Positions 9,834-22,456 are shown, counted from the stretch's first letter. The stretch: DNA of 64,000 nucleotides from a bacterium (GCA_032250835.1 JAVVEA010000001.1:352001-416000), one strand, 5' to 3'. Translations and numbers: made by a program. The notes: generated by a model from the letters alone, not told the origin.

Positions 9834-10700
9834 ATGAAGACCGACGTTAAACCCTATCTGTGGGCGGCCCTCGCCGTCAGCCTGCTCAGTTGGGCGGCCT
9901 TAGAATTCCTCCTGCTGGTGACCCAGCAGTTTGGCGTTCAATACCACGCCTTTTTTGCCGGTGCCGTCGTGGGTGGGGTCTTAGGGTCCCTCTTAGCAGG
10001 CATGGACGGCTTTTTAAGCCAAGCGCCTAACAAGATCAAGGCGGGCCTAAAGTTCGGTGGAGCCATCGGGGCTTTTGGCGGGGCCTTGGGTTTTTATCTA
10101 TTAGAACAAATCGCGCTACGTTTTGGGGCCTATGAGCTTTCTGCGGGCCTCGAAGGCATGGTCTACGCCCAACGTTGGTTGGTTTTAGGCATCTTTATCG
10201 GGGCCGCTTACGGCGCGGTGGAGCAAAGCAACCGGGTGACTACCCGCAACATCATCGCGGGCCTGTTCGCTGGTGTTGGCGCTACGCTGATCAACGGCTT
10301 GGTGGCCGGATTGATCACCTATCCCTTTGTGCTTCGCGGTTTAAACCTAGTGGTCTTCACGCTTTTATTCTTAATGGCGCACCGTAAGTTAAGGACCTAC
10401 AAGCGAGAGCAATGGCTTTTGTCGATGAACGGTAAACACGAAGGTGCCGAATTCGAATTAAACAAGCCCATCTACTATCTAGGTACCCAAAGCAACGACG
10501 ACATCAACCTAGACAGCTACGAACAGATCAACTCGACCCACGCCAAGTTGATTAAGTTTGATTATGGCTATTCGCTGGTGGATAACGACCCCTTCTGCCG
10601 CACCTTCGTTAATTTCCGCAACATCAACGAGCAGCCCCTGAAAAACGGCGACGTGATCAAAATCGGAACGGCCCTGTTCCAATACTGTAGCCTGGCTTAA
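9834..10700 (+). CDS. Multi-pass Gly-rich membrane protein with C-terminal FHA domain
   Basis: Likely start ATG 9834 (MKTDVKPYLW); about 6 hydrophobic Gly-rich segments; FHA-like end TFVN...PLKNGDVIKIG. Confidence 0.8.
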   Translation: MKTDVKPYLWAALAVSLLSWAALEFLLLVTQQFGVQYHAFFAGAVVGGVLGSLLAGMDGFLSQAPNKIKAGLKFGGAIGAFGGALGFYLLEQIALRFGAYELSAGLEGMVYAQRWLVLGIFIGAAYGAVEQSNRVTTRNIIAGLFAGVGATLINGLVAGLITYPFVLRGLNLVVFTLLFLMAHRKLRTYKREQWLLSMNGKHEGAEFELNKPIYYLGTQSNDDINLDSYEQINSTHAKLIKFDYGYSLVDNDPFCRTFVNFRNINEQPLKNGDVIKIGTALFQYCSLA

Positions 10701-10701
10701 G

Positions 10702-11547
10702 ATGAAACGACTGACCCCGATCTTCCTCTTCTTGACAACCGTCCAGACTGCCTGGGCGAAAGACCGTTTTTTAGGCGAAACCGACACCGCCGATCTCTTT
10801 TTTATCCTGCCTCTGCTGGTGGCTGGGTTTGCCTTTATCTTCTTTGCGAAGACTCGGTACTTACAGCCGCCCAAAAAACAGTTGGGCTTTTGGTCCATTA
10901 CGCCCCATAAGCGCCAACGTTTTTTTCCGGTCGATGAGACAATTGAGCATATGGAGCCAGTAGTTAATGCCCTGGCTGAGCCGGACACCAACGTCTACAG
11001 CAACCTATCCAAGATCACCCTGACCCACAAACCTCAGGGCGTCTATTTGGAAGAAAAAAATTATAAGATCAGCATCCTGATCAACCGCCGCCGGAGCCGC
11101 CGCACCTATTTAAACGACGGCGACATTTTGGACATGGGCGAATTGACCTTGATGTTCACCAGTACCGAACCGCCCAAGTACGAGGACAAACCCCAGACTA
11201 CGGGGCACCTGATCCCCCGTATGCGCCGCGCCCAGGGGCGTCCGATCAAGGCCTACCCGAGCTTGATTCCGGCGGACTCACGCAAAAAGACCTACTACCT
11301 GACCAAGAACTTAAACTTCATTGGCCGCAGTGACACCTGTGACTTGGTGAGCAAGGCTAAGTCCATCGCGCCGCGCCATTCGAAGATCGAAAAAGTGGCA
11401 GGACGCTATAAGATCAGCGATCTAGGCACCACCGGTGGGACCTTCGTCAACGGCCGCCGGGTGGACCAGAAATTCCTCAAAGACGGCGACAACATCGCTT
11501 TCGAGTCGGTCAAGTACACCTTTTCACTTAGTGGACGGCCCCGCTAA
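10702..11547 (+). CDS. Membrane-anchored protein with two FHA-like domains
   Basis: Signal peptide plus TM helix; LNDGDILDMG (FHA-like 1); FIGRS...DLGTTGGTFVNG...LKDGDNI (FHA 2). Confidence 0.82.
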   Translation: MKRLTPIFLFLTTVQTAWAKDRFLGETDTADLFFILPLLVAGFAFIFFAKTRYLQPPKKQLGFWSITPHKRQRFFPVDETIEHMEPVVNALAEPDTNVYSNLSKITLTHKPQGVYLEEKNYKISILINRRRSRRTYLNDGDILDMGELTLMFTSTEPPKYEDKPQTTGHLIPRMRRAQGRPIKAYPSLIPADSRKKTYYLTKNLNFIGRSDTCDLVSKAKSIAPRHSKIEKVAGRYKISDLGTTGGTFVNGRRVDQKFLKDGDNIAFESVKYTFSLSGRPR

Positions 11548-11576
11548 CAGGGCTGACACCCTCCCCGCAAAGGTCG

Positions 11577-12755
11577 ATGTCACATTCCTTTAAAGCCCCC
11601 CGAGGGTTTCGCTTCGCCGGAATCACGGCGGGCATCAAACAATCAGGCAAAAAAGACTTAGGGTTGGTCCTGCTTGAGCGCCCCGGCGCTATGGGCGGGG
11701 TCTACACTAAAAACAAATTCCCTTCGGCGCACGTAGACTATTGCCGTAGCCTCACCCCCACTGACCGTTTCGCGGCCTTGGTGGTCAACTCAGGCAACGC
11801 CAATGCCGCCACCGGGGAAGAGGGACGCCGCCGTAATTTGGAATTTGCCCAGCTCTTTGCCGATCACTTAGACCTACACTTTGATCAGGTCTTCACCTCT
11901 TCAACCGGAGTGATCGGCCACCAGCTACCCATCGACACCATCCGCACCACTTCTAAGCAGGTGATCGACAGCCTCGGCACCGACCCCATGCCCTTCGCTG
12001 AGGCGATCACCACCACTGACCTGACCACCAAGATGGCCCAGCGTAGCCTAGAGATCGGCGGCGAGAGCTTTCATATCTTGGGTGTCGCCAAGGGTTCGGG
12101 GATGATCATGCCCAATATGGGCACCATGTTGGCCTATATCTTTACCGATGCACCGCTGCCGCCAGAGCGCATCCAAGAGTTAACCCGGGAAGTGGCCGAC
12201 CAAAGCTTCAACTTAGTCAGTGTGGACGGCGACAGCTCCACCAACGACACCTTGATGGTGGTCACCAACAACCCCGGCCCGACCACGGCCTATGAGCGGA
12301 CCGAACGGGCGATTTTAGAGGTCGCTCAGGAATTGGCCCAAATGGTCGCCGCTGACGGCGAAGGGGCCGAGCACCTAATTGAGGTTTCGGTGACCAGCGC
12401 TCCGGACCGAGGCATCGCCAAACGGGCGGTGATGGCGGTGCTCAACTCGCCGCTGGTCAAGACGGCGGTACATGGCCAAGACCCCAACTGGGGCCGTTTG
12501 ATGATGGCTTTGGGCAACGGCTTAGAGCCTGTCGATGGATTTTGGCACCAACCGGTCACTATCTCGATCCAAGGGGTTCCGGTGTTCGTAGCCGGAGAAC
12601 CGGCAGCCTTCGAGCGCAAACAGCTAAGCCAGAAAATGGGTGAGTTTAAGGTCCGCATCGACATCGACCTTGCCGCTGGTGAATCCAGCCTAGTCGGTTG
12701 GGGTTGTGACCTGTCGCGCGAATACATCACCATCAACGCCGACTACCACACCTGA
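11577..12755 (+). CDS. argJ: Bifunctional ornithine acetyltransferase ArgJ
   Basis: NSGNANAATG, STGVIG, AKGSGMIMPNMGTML, VDGDSSTND, DGEGA, DPNWGR, YITINADY. Confidence 0.97.
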   Translation: MSHSFKAPRGFRFAGITAGIKQSGKKDLGLVLLERPGAMGGVYTKNKFPSAHVDYCRSLTPTDRFAALVVNSGNANAATGEEGRRRNLEFAQLFADHLDLHFDQVFTSSTGVIGHQLPIDTIRTTSKQVIDSLGTDPMPFAEAITTTDLTTKMAQRSLEIGGESFHILGVAKGSGMIMPNMGTMLAYIFTDAPLPPERIQELTREVADQSFNLVSVDGDSSTNDTLMVVTNNPGPTTAYERTERAILEVAQELAQMVAADGEGAEHLIEVSVTSAPDRGIAKRAVMAVLNSPLVKTAVHGQDPNWGRLMMALGNGLEPVDGFWHQPVTISIQGVPVFVAGEPAAFERKQLSQKMGEFKVRIDIDLAAGESSLVGWGCDLSREYITINADYHT

Positions 12756-13831
12756 TGCGCATCTTAGCGGATCGGCACATTCCCTGGGTGGAAGAGGCTT
12801 TTGGCGGTCTGGGTACTTTGGTTTTGCTCGATCGCTTCACCCCCGAAGACCTGATCGGGGCCGACGCCTTGTTGGTACGCTCGACCCAGCAGGTTGACCG
12901 CAATCTGTTCGCTCTGGCTCATCCTCGCTTCGTGGGCACCGCAACGGCCGGACAGGACCACGTTGATCTCGAATTCCTCAACCAAACGGGCATTTCGTAC
13001 GCCTACGCGCCGGGCTGCAACGCCATGGCCGTTGCCCAATGGGTAATTGCCAGCCTGCTGCGCTTTTATGGAAGCTATGAAAAATTACGTAGCCTAAGGT
13101 TAGGGATTGTGGGCCTAGGTGCTGTGGGCGGACGGCTGAGCAGCCTCGCTTTGCTGTTAGGTTTAGAAGTGCGGGCTAGCGACCCGCCCAAAGAGCGCGC
13201 CTCAGAACCGGGCCCCTGGATGCCGCTTGAGGAACTATTACGCTGGTCCGACATCGTCACCCTACACACCCCACTCACGACCGAAGGGGCAGACAAAACC
13301 TTCCATTTGATCGCCGCCGAACAATTGGCCCTACTCAAACCCAAATGCCTGTTGGTCAACGCGGCGCGCGGAGGGGTGGTCGATGAGCAGGCCCTTAAGC
13401 CAGTAGCCAATAATTTGGGAGGCTTGATCTTAGACACTTGGGAATCAGAGCCGGAGCTGGACCGAGAGTTGTTGGCCCTAACCAGCCAAGCCAGCCCCCA
13501 TGTAGCGGGCTATAGCTTAGAAGCCAAGTTAAAGGGAACCAGCCAGATTCAAGAAGCCTTTTGCCGCTTTTTTGAAATGAACGTGCCGGCTTTAAATCCC
13601 AAGCTCAACCACTTCCGCGCCGATGTCGCGGTGGGGGTGGCCCCGTTGATGGACCTGATCGGCGGCATGAGCCGCGATGATGCCGCCCTGCGTAGCGGCG
13701 GAGACTTCAAGCAACTGCGCAATCTTTACCCCCTAAGGCGAGAATGGTCCTCCGTAGAATTGAGCGGACACCAAGCCTTGAGCGAAGCCCATGGAGACCT
13801 GTTGGCTAAAATGGGTTTCTTGCTGGTTTGA
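12755..13831 (+). CDS. pdxB: 4-phosphoerythronate dehydrogenase
   Basis: ADALLVRS, FVGTATAG.DHVD, APGCNA.AV, TLHTPLT, PHVAGYSLEAK, YPLRRE. Confidence 0.93.
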   Translation: MRILADRHIPWVEEAFGGLGTLVLLDRFTPEDLIGADALLVRSTQQVDRNLFALAHPRFVGTATAGQDHVDLEFLNQTGISYAYAPGCNAMAVAQWVIASLLRFYGSYEKLRSLRLGIVGLGAVGGRLSSLALLLGLEVRASDPPKERASEPGPWMPLEELLRWSDIVTLHTPLTTEGADKTFHLIAAEQLALLKPKCLLVNAARGGVVDEQALKPVANNLGGLILDTWESEPELDRELLALTSQASPHVAGYSLEAKLKGTSQIQEAFCRFFEMNVPALNPKLNHFRADVAVGVAPLMDLIGGMSRDDAALRSGGDFKQLRNLYPLRREWSSVELSGHQALSEAHGDLLAKMGFLLV

Positions 13832-14129
13832 GAAAATCAAACAGAGTTTCAAAACCAAAAACAACCTTTCAAACAGGAGCCATCTGGCCCGCTAAGCCCC
13901 CAAAACCCGCCTTTTGACCCCAAATGCGCCGGTCATTTCGTATTCCTACTTACAGCAGTACGGTTCGGCTTGACATGATGTATCCCACTTGGGATTATTG
14001 CACCGTTTTGCACGCAGGTTTGATAAAAAACTTCCGTCTACCCAAAAAGCCCAAACCTTTAGGGGCCGGTTCGCAGGCAAAACAAAAAACGATCGACTCA
14101 CTTGACCTGAAAACGCCTTGGTGACCTAG

Positions 14130-16379
<2,250 letters not shown>

Positions 16380-16414
16380 GTCCGGCGACCCAACTCGCTA
16401 GAGCGTTATAAATC

Positions 16415-16450
16415 AGGCGGGTTCCCCCAAGGGAGCCCGCCTTTTTTTTT
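16415..16450 (+). terminator. Rho-independent terminator after icd
   Basis: AGGCGGGTTCCC-CCAA-GGGAGCCCGCCT followed by a T run. Confidence 0.92.
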
Positions 16451-16489
16451 GCCCTCCCCAAAGCAGATGACTCCTGTTAAGTTCTCTTC

Positions 16490-17209
16490 ATGCGATTAGA
16501 AACCAAAAATTTAGTGAAAACTTACGGGAAGCGGACGGTCGTCAAAGACGTCAGTTTCGAGATCAGCCAAGGCGAAGTGGTCGGGCTATTGGGGTCCAAC
16601 GGGGCCGGAAAGACCACCAGCTTTTACATGGTCGTTGGCGTGGTGCGCCCCACCCAAGGCCAGATCTTTTTAGACGAAAAAGAAATCACCGGCCTGCCCA
16701 TGTACCAACGGGCCCGCCAAGGGATCGGCTATCTGCCCCAAGAAGCATCGGTGTTCCGCAAGATGTCGGTCGAAGAAAACCTGCTCAGTATTCTAGAGAC
16801 CCTGGGTCTCTCCAAAGCGGAACAAAAGGGCAAAGCTGACAAGATTTTAGATGAGTTACACATCCAGCATATCCGCAAAAACATGGGCTATAGCCTTTCT
16901 GGCGGAGAACGGCGGCGCGTAGAAATCGCCCGCGCGCTGGTGACCGACCCGGCCTTTATCCTTCTAGACGAACCCTTCGCGGGGGTAGATCCGATCGCGG
17001 TGATTGACATCCAAGGGGTGGTCAAGGAACTAGCCGAACGAAATATCGGGGTGTTGATTACCGACCACAACGTCCGCGAAACCTTGGGTATTGTGGACCG
17101 GGCTTACATCATGAACGATGGGGAAATCTTGGTGGCCGGAAAGCCCCAGGAGATCATCGAGAACGAAACGGCCCGTAAGGTCTATCTAGGCGAACACTTC
17201 AGTTTATAA
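16490..17209 (+). CDS. lptB: LPS export ABC transporter ATPase LptB
   Basis: [64 protein letters not shown]. Confidence 0.96.
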   Translation: MRLETKNLVKTYGKRTVVKDVSFEISQGEVVGLLGSNGAGKTTSFYMVVGVVRPTQGQIFLDEKEITGLPMYQRARQGIGYLPQEASVFRKMSVEENLLSILETLGLSKAEQKGKADKILDELHIQHIRKNMGYSLSGGERRRVEIARALVTDPAFILLDEPFAGVDPIAVIDIQGVVKELAERNIGVLITDHNVRETLGIVDRAYIMNDGEILVAGKPQEIIENETARKVYLGEHFSL

Positions 17210-17210
17210 G

Positions 17211-20200
17211 ATGCGTCTGTTACGGCTCGAACTGCAAGGGTTTAAGTCCTTTCCGGACAAGGTCTCTATCGACTTTGTGCAAGAAGGGGTTTCGATCATT
17301 GTAGGACCCAATGGTTGCGGCAAGTCAAATACCGTAGACGCCATCCGGTGGGTCTTGGGCGAGCAGAGTGCCAAGCATTTGCGCGGCGCAGCCATGGAAG
17401 ACGTGATCTTCTCGGGCTCTTCGAGCCGCGCGGCGGTGGGCTTAGCGGCGGCGACGTTGGTCTTCTCGAACCCCGAACACCAGCGGATCGGCAAATATGC
17501 CGACTTTGCCGAAATCTCGGTAACCCGCAAGCTCTACCGCACCGGCGAGAGCCAATACCTAATCAATAAAGCCTCTTGCCGCCTCTCGGATATCCGCGAC
17601 TTGTTCATGGACACCGGCATCGGCGGTAAAGGCTACAGCATCATCGAACAAGGCAAGATCGACCGTATCGTCACTTCCAGCGCCATCGAGCGGCGCTCGA
17701 TCATCGATGAGGCGGCGGGCATCGTTAAATTCAAGAGCAAAAAGGCCGAGGCCCAGAAGCGCTTCGCCCAATCGCGCCAGAATCTAGACCGGGTGGAGGA
17801 CGTCTTGGGCGAATTGAAGCTCCAAGAAGAGAAACTGGTCGTGCAGGTGGTCCGGGCCGATGAATATCTGACCGCCAAGGGGCGGATGGAGCGCTTAAGC
17901 CAGTTGCAAGCGGCCCATAAATGGGCGGCGCTGCGCGCTCAAGGTGACGAAATCGAAGCCAAACGGGCGGGCCTAAAAGAGCAGCGCAAGGACCTAGAAC
18001 TTCAGTTAGCCAACCTTTCCACCAAGAAAAGCGGGGCGGGGCTCGAACAGGTCCAAAAGCAAGACCGCCGCGAACAACTAGGCGGGCAGGTTTCCAAGGC
18101 CCGTGAAGAGTTGATCAAGCTGGACAGCCGGATCGAGACGGACCAAGAAACCTTAAGGCATTTAGACGATTGGCACAACAAGGGCAACCGGGAGTTGGAC
18201 AGCCTACAGGGGCAAATCCAAGCCCTGTTGGAACAAGAAGAAGCCCTCTTGGACGCCCAAGAAGCCCTTCAAGTGGAACTGAGCGAACAGACCCAAGCGA
18301 TCCAATCGGCCCGAGAATCGCTTAAAACCCAACAAAACAAACTCGAGGACCTCAACCGCGCCACCAAAGAACGCCAAGGCGAGTTGGTAAAAGCCCAATT
18401 GGCCTTGGGCGATAAAAAAGGGGAAGTCCAACGTCAGGCGGACCGGTTAGAAGAGGCCCGCGCGCGGGGCTCAGAGGCCCAAGAAGCGCTGATTCAAGCT
18501 GCCGAACGCCTGATTGCCGCCCAAGAACAACGCGGCGACAGCGAACGCGACTTTAAGGAAAAGACTAAAGAGAAAGAAGAAGTCGGCCTGCGTTTAAAGC
18601 TCGCCAAGGCCAAACAAGAAGAGAAAAAACAAGCCCTAGAGGTACAAAACCGCAAGATCGAAGAGACCGAGCGAGATTCACACAAAGTCGAAAGCCGCCT
18701 CGAAAGCCTCAAACAACTAGAACAAAACCACGAAGACTTTGCCCCTAAGATCAAGGCTATCTTAGACCACTTGGCGGGCCATCCCGAGCGGGCGGCGGAC
18801 TTAGGATTTGTGGGTCCCCTGGCCGATTTAGTGGAAATCGGAGGGGCTTTGGAATCTTGGGCCGAAAACCTTTTAGGCCGCTTCTTTAACCTCCTTATCT
18901 TCGAGAGCCATTACCACCTACCCCAAATCAAGACCTTGATGGAAGAGTTGGGTGTGGAATATTTAGAGATCTATTTCTTGGATCTTTGCGAGCAAAAGAC
19001 CAGCAACCTGGACTTCCTGATCCCCTGGCACGACAAGCCCCAGGGCCTGTTTCTGGCCGGGCATTATCAAGCGCTAGAAAAAAAGACCTACCAGATCGAG
19101 CCCGAAGACCTGACCAAGGGGCGCAACCTGTTGCTGACCGACAAAAGCCTAGTGCGCCAAGACGGCGTCTTCCAGCTAGGCTTACCGAGCGAAGCCAAAC
19201 AGCTAGAAGGCTACCTGAAACGCCAACAGGAATTCCATCAGCTAGGCGACCAACTCAAGCAGATGAAACAACAACTTGAGGACCTCGTCTACGACAAGGG
19301 CTGGATCAAAGAAGAGTTGGATGAGCTGGAGTGGGAGGTCACGGACCTGACCCAAGAGGACCAGCGGCTGGCCGTTGAATGTGGTGAGCTGGGCAAAGAG
19401 TTGGAACGATTCAACGCCGAGGCGGACCGACTAAACCAAGAAAAAATCCGCCTTGAAGAAGCGCGGGACCGTCACCAAGCGATGGACGAAGAGTTGGCCC
19501 AGCGCCGAAGTGCGCTAGAAAGCGAAATTGGGGCCGCCGAAGCCGCTGTGCTCGCGCTGAGCGAGCAGATGGAAACGCAGCAGGCCGGGCAAGAAGACCT
19601 GGTCTTAGAGCTTGAATTTAAAAAGGGCGAGGTCCAAGCCGCCGAGATCGGGTTGGCGGGCTCCAAAGAGAAGGCGGGCCACCAAAAAGAATTGCTCAGC
19701 CGCATCCAGGCGGACCTACAACGCCTCCAGGGTAAACTGACCGAAACCAAAACCCAGACTGAAGACCACGGCAAACGGCGCGAATTGCTTGAAGCAGCGA
19801 TCGATGAAAACCGCAAGCGCCAGCCCGAATTGGTCGAACGCATCCAGATTTTAGAAACCGAATACCGCGAACTTTCAGACCTATTAGAACGCCAGGGCCA
19901 CGAAATCCGCGAAATCGAAGAAACCGAGAAGAAGTTGCGGGCCCTCGAAGAAGGCATCAAAGAGCAGAGCCACCAGCTAGAGGTCAAGCTGGCTCAGCTG
20001 GCCCAGGAAGGAGCCGGCCTCGAAAACGCCCTCTTAGAAGACTGGGCCATGCGGCCCGAAGAGGTGTTGCGCCAGTTACAAGAAGGAGAGTTTGACGCTG
20101 AGTCGGCGCCGAAGGAGCTGAGTCGGCTCAAAGCCAAATTAGCCGGATTGGGTGATGTAAACCTCGGGGCCAAAAAGGAATATGAAGCCCTAAAGGAACG

Positions 20201-20783
20201 TTTGGACTTCTTAGAAGCCGAGTCAAAGGACCTCAGCGAGAGCATCACCGCCTTAGAAGAGTCGATCTCCAAAATCGACGCCGAATCGCGGCGGCGCTTT
20301 GATGAGACCTTCCAACGGGTCAACCGGGAGTTTAAATTGCTCTTCCCGCGCCTTTTCGGCGGCGGGGACGCCTTCTTAAAGCTCAGCAATCCTGAAGACT
20401 TATTAGATTCGGGGGTGGAAATCATCGCCCAACCGCCGGGCAAAAAGTTGCAAAACATGACCTTGCTTTCAGGTGGTGAAAAAGCCATGACCGCTTTGGC
20501 GTTGATCTTCTCGATCTTCCAGTTCAAGCCCAGCCCCTTCTGTTTGCTCGACGAAGTGGACGCCCCGTTAGACGACGCCAACAACCGGCGTTTCAACGAT
20601 CATGTACGGGCCTTGACGGCGAACAGTCAGTTCATCATCATCACCCACAACAAAAAGACCATGGAGATTGGTGACGCCCTCTTTGGGGTCACCATGGAAG
20701 AGCCGGGTGCTTCAAAGATCGTGGCGGTGGACTTTGAGCGGGGCCAGAAGCTGTTGGACGGACCCCGTAAGAAAGGAGCTTAG
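17211..20783 (+). CDS. smc: Chromosome segregation protein SMC
   Basis: LQGFKSF, VGPNGCGKSN, long coiled coils around a central hinge, LLSGGEKA, FCLLDEVDAPLD, ITHNK. Confidence 0.97.
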   Translation: MRLLRLELQGFKSFPDKVSIDFVQEGVSIIVGPNGCGKSNTVDAIRWVLGEQSAKHLRGAAMEDVIFSGSSSRAAVGLAAATLVFSNPEHQRIGKYADFAEISVTRKLYRTGESQYLINKASCRLSDIRDLFMDTGIGGKGYSIIEQGKIDRIVTSSAIERRSIIDEAAGIVKFKSKKAEAQKRFAQSRQNLDRVEDVLGELKLQEEKLVVQVVRADEYLTAKGRMERLSQLQAAHKWAALRAQGDEIEAKRAGLKEQRKDLELQLANLSTKKSGAGLEQVQKQDRREQLGGQVSKAREELIKLDSRIETDQETLRHLDDWHNKGNRELDSLQGQIQALLEQEEALLDAQEALQVELSEQTQAIQSARESLKTQQNKLEDLNRATKERQGELVKAQLALGDKKGEVQRQADRLEEARARGSEAQEALIQAAERLIAAQEQRGDSERDFKEKTKEKEEVGLRLKLAKAKQEEKKQALEVQNRKIEETERDSHKVESRLESLKQLEQNHEDFAPKIKAILDHLAGHPERAADLGFVGPLADLVEIGGALESWAENLLGRFFNLLIFESHYHLPQIKTLMEELGVEYLEIYFLDLCEQKTSNLDFLIPWHDKPQGLFLAGHYQALEKKTYQIEPEDLTKGRNLLLTDKSLVRQDGVFQLGLPSEAKQLEGYLKRQQEFHQLGDQLKQMKQQLEDLVYDKGWIKEELDELEWEVTDLTQEDQRLAVECGELGKELERFNAEADRLNQEKIRLEEARDRHQAMDEELAQRRSALESEIGAAEAAVLALSEQMETQQAGQEDLVLELEFKKGEVQAAEIGLAGSKEKAGHQKELLSRIQADLQRLQGKLTETKTQTEDHGKRRELLEAAIDENRKRQPELVERIQILETEYRELSDLLERQGHEIREIEETEKKLRALEEGIKEQSHQLEVKLAQLAQEGAGLENALLEDWAMRPEEVLRQLQEGEFDAESAPKELSRLKAKLAGLGDVNLGAKKEYEALKERLDFLEAESKDLSESITALEESISKIDAESRRRFDETFQRVNREFKLLFPRLFGGGDAFLKLSNPEDLLDSGVEIIAQPPGKKLQNMTLLSGGEKAMTALALIFSIFQFKPSPFCLLDEVDAPLDDANNRRFNDHVRALTANSQFIIITHNKKTMEIGDALFGVTMEEPGASKIVAVDFERGQKLLDGPRKKGA

Positions 20784-20984
20784 CCCATTCAGGCTGGATT
20801 TGCAGCCTACCTCTGGAGTGCGGGGTCGATAACCACCAACGGCCGCAACCAAAAGCCCCTGGAGATTGGTGACGCCCTCTTTGGGGTCACCATGGAAGAG
20901 CCGGGTGCTTCAAAGATCGTGGCGGTGGACTTTGAGCGGGGCCAGAAGCTGTTGGACGGACCCCGTAAGAAAGGAGCTTAGCCC
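20662..20984 (+). repeat. Exact 125-bp direct repeat of the smc 3' end (20662-20786 and 20860-20984)
   Basis: TGGAGATTGGTGACG...AAGGAGCTTAGCCC occurs twice, base for base identical, with a 73-bp spacer. Confidence 0.97.
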
Positions 20985-22456
20985 GCCAGGGCGTGTTTCT
21001 GCCGGTATGAAAGCCGGTCTAGGGCGTTGCGGTAATGCCGCTCTACCTCTTCTAGCTGGGCAAGATTCGCCGCAGACTCTTCGCGGCCCAAAGAAGCGTC
21101 CAGAGCACAAAGCGCCAGGGACAGTTCATCAAATCCCAGCTTCTGGCCAGCCCGCTCGAAACGCCCCACTAGGTCTCGGGCTTCGGGCCAAGCCCCATCC
21201 CTTAGGTGGCGTTCTAGGGCCATCAGGTATATCTCGCCGGTCAGGGCAAAATCTTCCCGGTCCGCGCCGACGGAGCGACTTACCTCTGCGCGGTTGCGTA
21301 ATACCTCTTTCAGCGGAAGGACCAGCTCAAAACAGGTGCCTTCACCTGCTTCACTGGTGACCCGCAACTGTCCGCGCATGATTTCCACCAAACGTTTGAC
21401 GATGGCCAGCCCAAGGCCGCTGCCCTGGTTGCCCCGGCTACCAAATTCTTCGACCTGCCAGAAGGGATCAAAGAGGCGCGGGATTTGATCGGCGGCAATC
21501 CCTCGGCCCGTATCCTTAACCCTCAGGCTCATGCCGGTTACCTGTCCGCCTTCAATCTGCGGGGCTACCGACAAAGTCAGTCCGCCAGATTCCGTGAATT
21601 TGAGGGCGTTGCCCATGAGGTTAACTAAGATTTGGCGCAGCTTCGGTTGGTCGCCGACCAACCATCCGCTAAAGCCCTCAGCAGCCTTTATTTCTACCGT
21701 TAAACCCTTCTCCTCAGCCAGCGGCAAGAACCACATGCGCAATTCGTCCAACATGGCCCAAAGGTCAAATTCGCGGGGTTGCAGCTCCACCTTGCCTGCC
21801 TCTAAACGGCCCCAATCCAGCAGACCGTTGACCATTTCCAGCAAAGACTCACCGCTGCGGCTCAGGGCGGTAATAAATTCCTGCTGTTCGCGGTCCATGG
21901 CGGTGTGCGAAAAAAGGTGCACCATCCCCATCACCCCATTGATCGGGGTGCGGATCTCGTGGGCCAAAAAGTTCAGCAGTTCGGATTTTTCCCTGGCTTC
22001 CTTCTGGGCCAGGTCTCGCGCTTCGCGTAACTGTCGTTGTAGCTCACAAAGTACGGCCCGTTCGTTGTTAGCGGCGGCGGTCGTTTCTTTGAGTTCCAAA
22101 TGCCGCTCACCGACGCGGTGGTGTAGCCAGATTCTTTCTAGCAACCCCTTGGCGCGGTGCAGCGTGAGTTCCGGGTGGTCCGGCTCGGTCAGGTCCCAGT
22201 ACTTTAGCCTCAAGGGCGGTTTGATCGGCTCTGAACCAAAGACCAGCACCCCGTAAGGGAACCGGTTGAGCTTCTCTTGATGGGCTTCAACCCAAGCCGA
22301 CATCTGCGCGGGAAGCAAGATCAACCCACCGGGACCAACTTCTAGGCGCTTTAGGGCGCTATCGGTCCTCAGGGGCAATAATCCTAAGTCCAAATCGGAG
22401 GCGAGTTGTCCCGCTGAATCGATTTGTCCCAACAAGATCAGTTCTAGTCTAAACAT
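20978..22456 (-). CDS. Cytoplasmic sensor histidine kinase (HisKA plus HATPase) with degenerate terminal domains
   Basis: H-box AHEIRTPING, N-box LVNLMGNALKF, DTGRGI, GSGLGL; RBS GGAGGAG; no TM segment. Confidence 0.92.
   Translation of the reverse strand: MFRLELILLGQIDSAGQLASDLDLGLLPLRTDSALKRLEVGPGGLILLPAQMSAWVEAHQEKLNRFPYGVLVFGSEPIKPPLRLKYWDLTEPDHPELTLHRAKGLLERIWLHHRVGERHLELKETTAAANNERAVLCELQRQLREARDLAQKEAREKSELLNFLAHEIRTPINGVMGMVHLFSHTAMDREQQEFITALSRSGESLLEMVNGLLDWGRLEAGKVELQPREFDLWAMLDELRMWFLPLAEEKGLTVEIKAAEGFSGWLVGDQPKLRQILVNLMGNALKFTESGGLTLSVAPQIEGGQVTGMSLRVKDTGRGIAADQIPRLFDPFWQVEEFGSRGNQGSGLGLAIVKRLVEIMRGQLRVTSEAGEGTCFELVLPLKEVLRNRAEVSRSVGADREDFALTGEIYLMALERHLRDGAWPEARDLVGRFERAGQKLGFDELSLALCALDASLGREESAANLAQLEEVERHYRNALDRLSYRQKHALAG

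Noticed and set aside
20645-20984. Diversity-generating retroelement TR/VR pair suggested by A-only mismatches next to the smc repeat
   Set aside because: The 125-bp core is identical despite many adenines, mismatches further out also hit T and C, smc is an implausible target, and no reverse transcriptase is in the window.
20866-21360. 164-aa plus-strand ORF after smc
   Set aside because: Begins inside the duplicated segment out of frame and runs antisense to the kinase; no protein-like features.
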